Part shown: positions 61,229-64,000 of the stretch, piece after piece
Position numbering within the stretch: the first letter of the stretch is position 1
Layout of the letters: each line of letters begins with the position of its first letter
From: the human T2T-CHM13v2.0 reference genome, Homo sapiens
Length of the DNA stretch: 64,000 nt
Assembly: GCF_009914755.1 (NCBI RefSeq)
Contig: NC_060937.1
Direction: 5' to 3' (one strand)
Position numbers and translations under genes: made by a program
The notes under the pieces: generated by a model
Told to the model about the DNA's origin: nothing
What the model saw: the letters and a program-made list of their open reading frames with translations, nothing else
Databases searched by the model: none

Positions 61229-63572
61229 ATGATTAACTTTCTTCCAGTAATTCTGGCATGGGACCAGCCTGTAAAACAAGGAGATACCAGAATCATATTG
61301 ACCTAACGCACATGCACTGCGGGAGCTGCCTTGCTGGTCAGCCTTCTTCCTGTCCTTCTTCCTCTGAGCTACGCTCGACCTTGCCACCAGTTCCCGACCC
61401 ATCTGTTTCCGGTCCTCCATGCTCCTCATGCCAGATGCTGTTGCCCTGGGCGTTCTGAGCAGGCGCCTCTCGCTAGTTCCTTTGCTTCCTTCCCTGTAAG
61501 CCCCAAGCAGCATCTCTTCCCATTCAGTTCTTTTTTAGAAATTTTGCTTAATACATAGTTATCTTTCCTGCATTTTTAGGAAAATATATGACAGGTCGCT
61601 GAGCCATGTGGAGTCTGAGGATTTTATCCCATTGAGCCATATTTACCCTATCTCTCCTCCACTACAGGATTTCGATTTTGAAAGTGTATGAGAAAGATAA
61701 TTCAGAATATTTTTCCTATTTCAGAGTCAAAAAATACAAAAGCTTGTTCTGGGCGCCCCATAAGTAGTACCTGCTGGGCATTCTGAACCATAAATATGGT
61801 GAGGGTTACTCGGCCATCAGGCATCCTTTCAGCTCCCAAAAATAAACCTAACTTTGGGATATGTGGGAGAGGATGATTTTTGTTTTCCTGAAGTAACCAC
61901 ATTAGACTTTTAATTCTTACTGCCTAGAATTCGCCCAGCCCCAGCCCATCCTCCTCACTCGTATTAATGCCAACAGTGTGCTTGTAACACGATCGCCTCG
62001 CAGCAGTAAATCAGGAAACTAGTTTTTGCATGAACCACTTGAAACAGGCTTCAAGTCTCTGGCACAGTTTTCAAAGTAAACTTTTCTAACCAATTATTGG
62101 GAGGACTTTAGTTAATGTGAAAAAATTAACTCTTGTAAACAACAACATACTTTCCTCCGCACGGGGCATACCCAGCTTCATATTTCTGAAGATGTTTACA
62201 TTTTTGAAAACTGTTTTTGTCTCTATGAGGAAAGTTTTAAAAAAATTAATTTGTAAGCATAAAAAATGAGATTCATTTCTGCCATTTAATGACAGTGTTG
62301 CTCACTTTATTTATGTTTAATTATAGCTGATCTAGCCTAGGGATGGTTGTAAGATATTAACGAGCCCTTGCTTGTCAGTTTTCTCTAAAAAACTCAAGCA
62401 CAGCCTTTTAGAAACTGAAAGTTGAGGGGAAATATCTCTTCAATGTTGTTTCATTAAAGGAAGTTAAAAGTTGATTTCTAAGCACCAGCAACATAAATCT
62501 AATTTGTCATTTGCATTTGCATGCCCTAGATTCTCCCTTCAAATAACTTCTCCATCCACATTTAAAATTTAACATTTAACTTTGAAAGTTCAAAGGACTG
62601 CAGTTAATAACGCACTGGCTGTACAAATAAATAGTGCTTTCAACCCAAGGCCCAGAATGTGTTTCCTGGACAACAAGGGTCTGTGAGTTTTCCCCTGTGG
62701 TCTGAAGAGCTGCTCCTCCAACCTGTAGGTAGGACCCGCTTATGTTTTTGTTAAAGGCTGGATTTGCAGAAGGAGAAAAGAGAGAAGGGGATTTGGGGAC
62801 TGTTTACTTTGAGTCATTTTGCTACTGGAAAACCACCAAATGTGGCTTAAAAATATTGGGCAGAGTGACAGAGCTACAGCTTGGGTGGAAGTAGCCCAGC
62901 TGAACCCAGCCCTCTGCTCCCTTGGGACCAAGATAAGGAAAGCTGCTGACCCCACTCCACCCAGACATCCCCAGCCCAGCCCACCCTGCCTGCCATCCTG
63001 CAGCCCAGGAGGACTATATGGCCTCACCACATGGGAGCCCTTGCTGGGGCCGTTACAAGCTATTGCTCCCTAGGATTTTTTTAAAGTATTTAGGAAATAC
63101 TACCTTAAACAATATTTGTTCATCCGTTTGTTTATCAGCAGGCATTTATTTATTATTCACCGGCCTGTTAGATACCAGGCTTTTGGGAAGGAGAGGTGGA
63201 GGGAGGCATTGGATACCATGGGTTGTTCACTTCTCATATGATTTTAGGAAGTAAGTAGGGGCCCTATAATAATGCCTTTTTTTGCATTATTATTTTATCT
63301 ATGCATATATTTTCCCATCTTAAAGTTTATTGATAAAAAATGTCTTCTCAAGGATTCGGGGAAGTACTGCGTACTTCCTTCAAGCTTTTAAGGTACCAGG
63401 TCATAATTTCAAGAATACAGACTACGGGGTATTTTAAAACAGAAATGCATTTCTACCATTGATATTAATGGCGGACCATGCTCCATAAACATAATCACAT
63501 ATCCCTTATCCTGAAGCCCAGGCTAAAGATGGACATACTCTGCCTATACCCTCCTTGCCCTCCCCTCACCAG

Positions 63573-63616
63573 ACACACACACACATGTGCACACACACAC
63601 ACACACACACACACAC
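63573..63616. repeat. (CA)n microsatellite, interrupted
   Basis: CA runs separated by tgtg. Confidence 0.92.
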
Positions 63617-63665
63617 TCCTTCTCTTGCCATGATGGGAGGGACAACTCTAGTGCAACTTGGAAAG

Positions 63666-64000
63666 TGTCAAAGAAAACCCAGAACTGGACAGTGGAACAG
63701 CAGATTTTACTCAGGACTGTTGCAGTAGAGGAAATGAAAGCTCAGTGTAGAACTGGGCTCCACTCCAAATACAGCACAGGCAAGTGGGGATATATAGCCA
63801 AGGAGCAGGCTGGGTTTGGTGGATGGAAAATCATGAAGAGGAACCGTCAGAGGTGAGGGAGATTCTGGCTAAAATGACCTCACAGGATTCTTGCTGAAGA
63901 CAGGCCAGGGTGACCAGGCATCACCTGGGAGATGGTGAGGGTTGAGGAACCTGAGAAGATACTGAGCATGGCCAGATTTAGCCAGGTTTTTGGGAAACTG
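63666..64000 (-). mobile_element. ERV1 LTR (MER31-like), runs off the window end
   Basis: tgtcaaagaaaacccagaactggac...atagccaaggagcagg...gattctggctaaa...caggattcttgctgaag. Confidence 0.6.

Overview
Hominid (human or great-ape) genomic DNA covering about 23 kb upstream and the 5' part of TNFRSF19 (TROY/TAJ, TNF receptor superfamily) on the + strand. It contains two alternative non-coding first exons (a distal TATA/TCF-LEF promoter at ~23.1-23.3 kb and a CpG-island/GC-box promoter at ~31.2-32.5 kb), the ATG exon (42624-42726) and the next coding exon (45812-45922). Together these encode residues 1-60 (signal peptide and most of cysteine-rich domain 1); the window ends inside the following intron. 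The rest is mostly interspersed repeats (about 19 Alus, an internally deleted L1PA, a near-complete ancient L1M, MER4/MaLR/other LTRs, MER2, MER3) and a 2-kb GT-rich low-complexity block. Nearly all ORFs in the supplied track are repeat-derived or spurious. I found no evidence of a new multi-gene system. The most unusual features are a perfect 22-bp-arm palindrome in intron 1 plus several other hairpins, matching 16-codon uORFs in both first exons, an Asp at signal-peptide codon 21, and several local duplication or template-switch scars. Repeat subfamily names are from recalled consensus features, not from a search.
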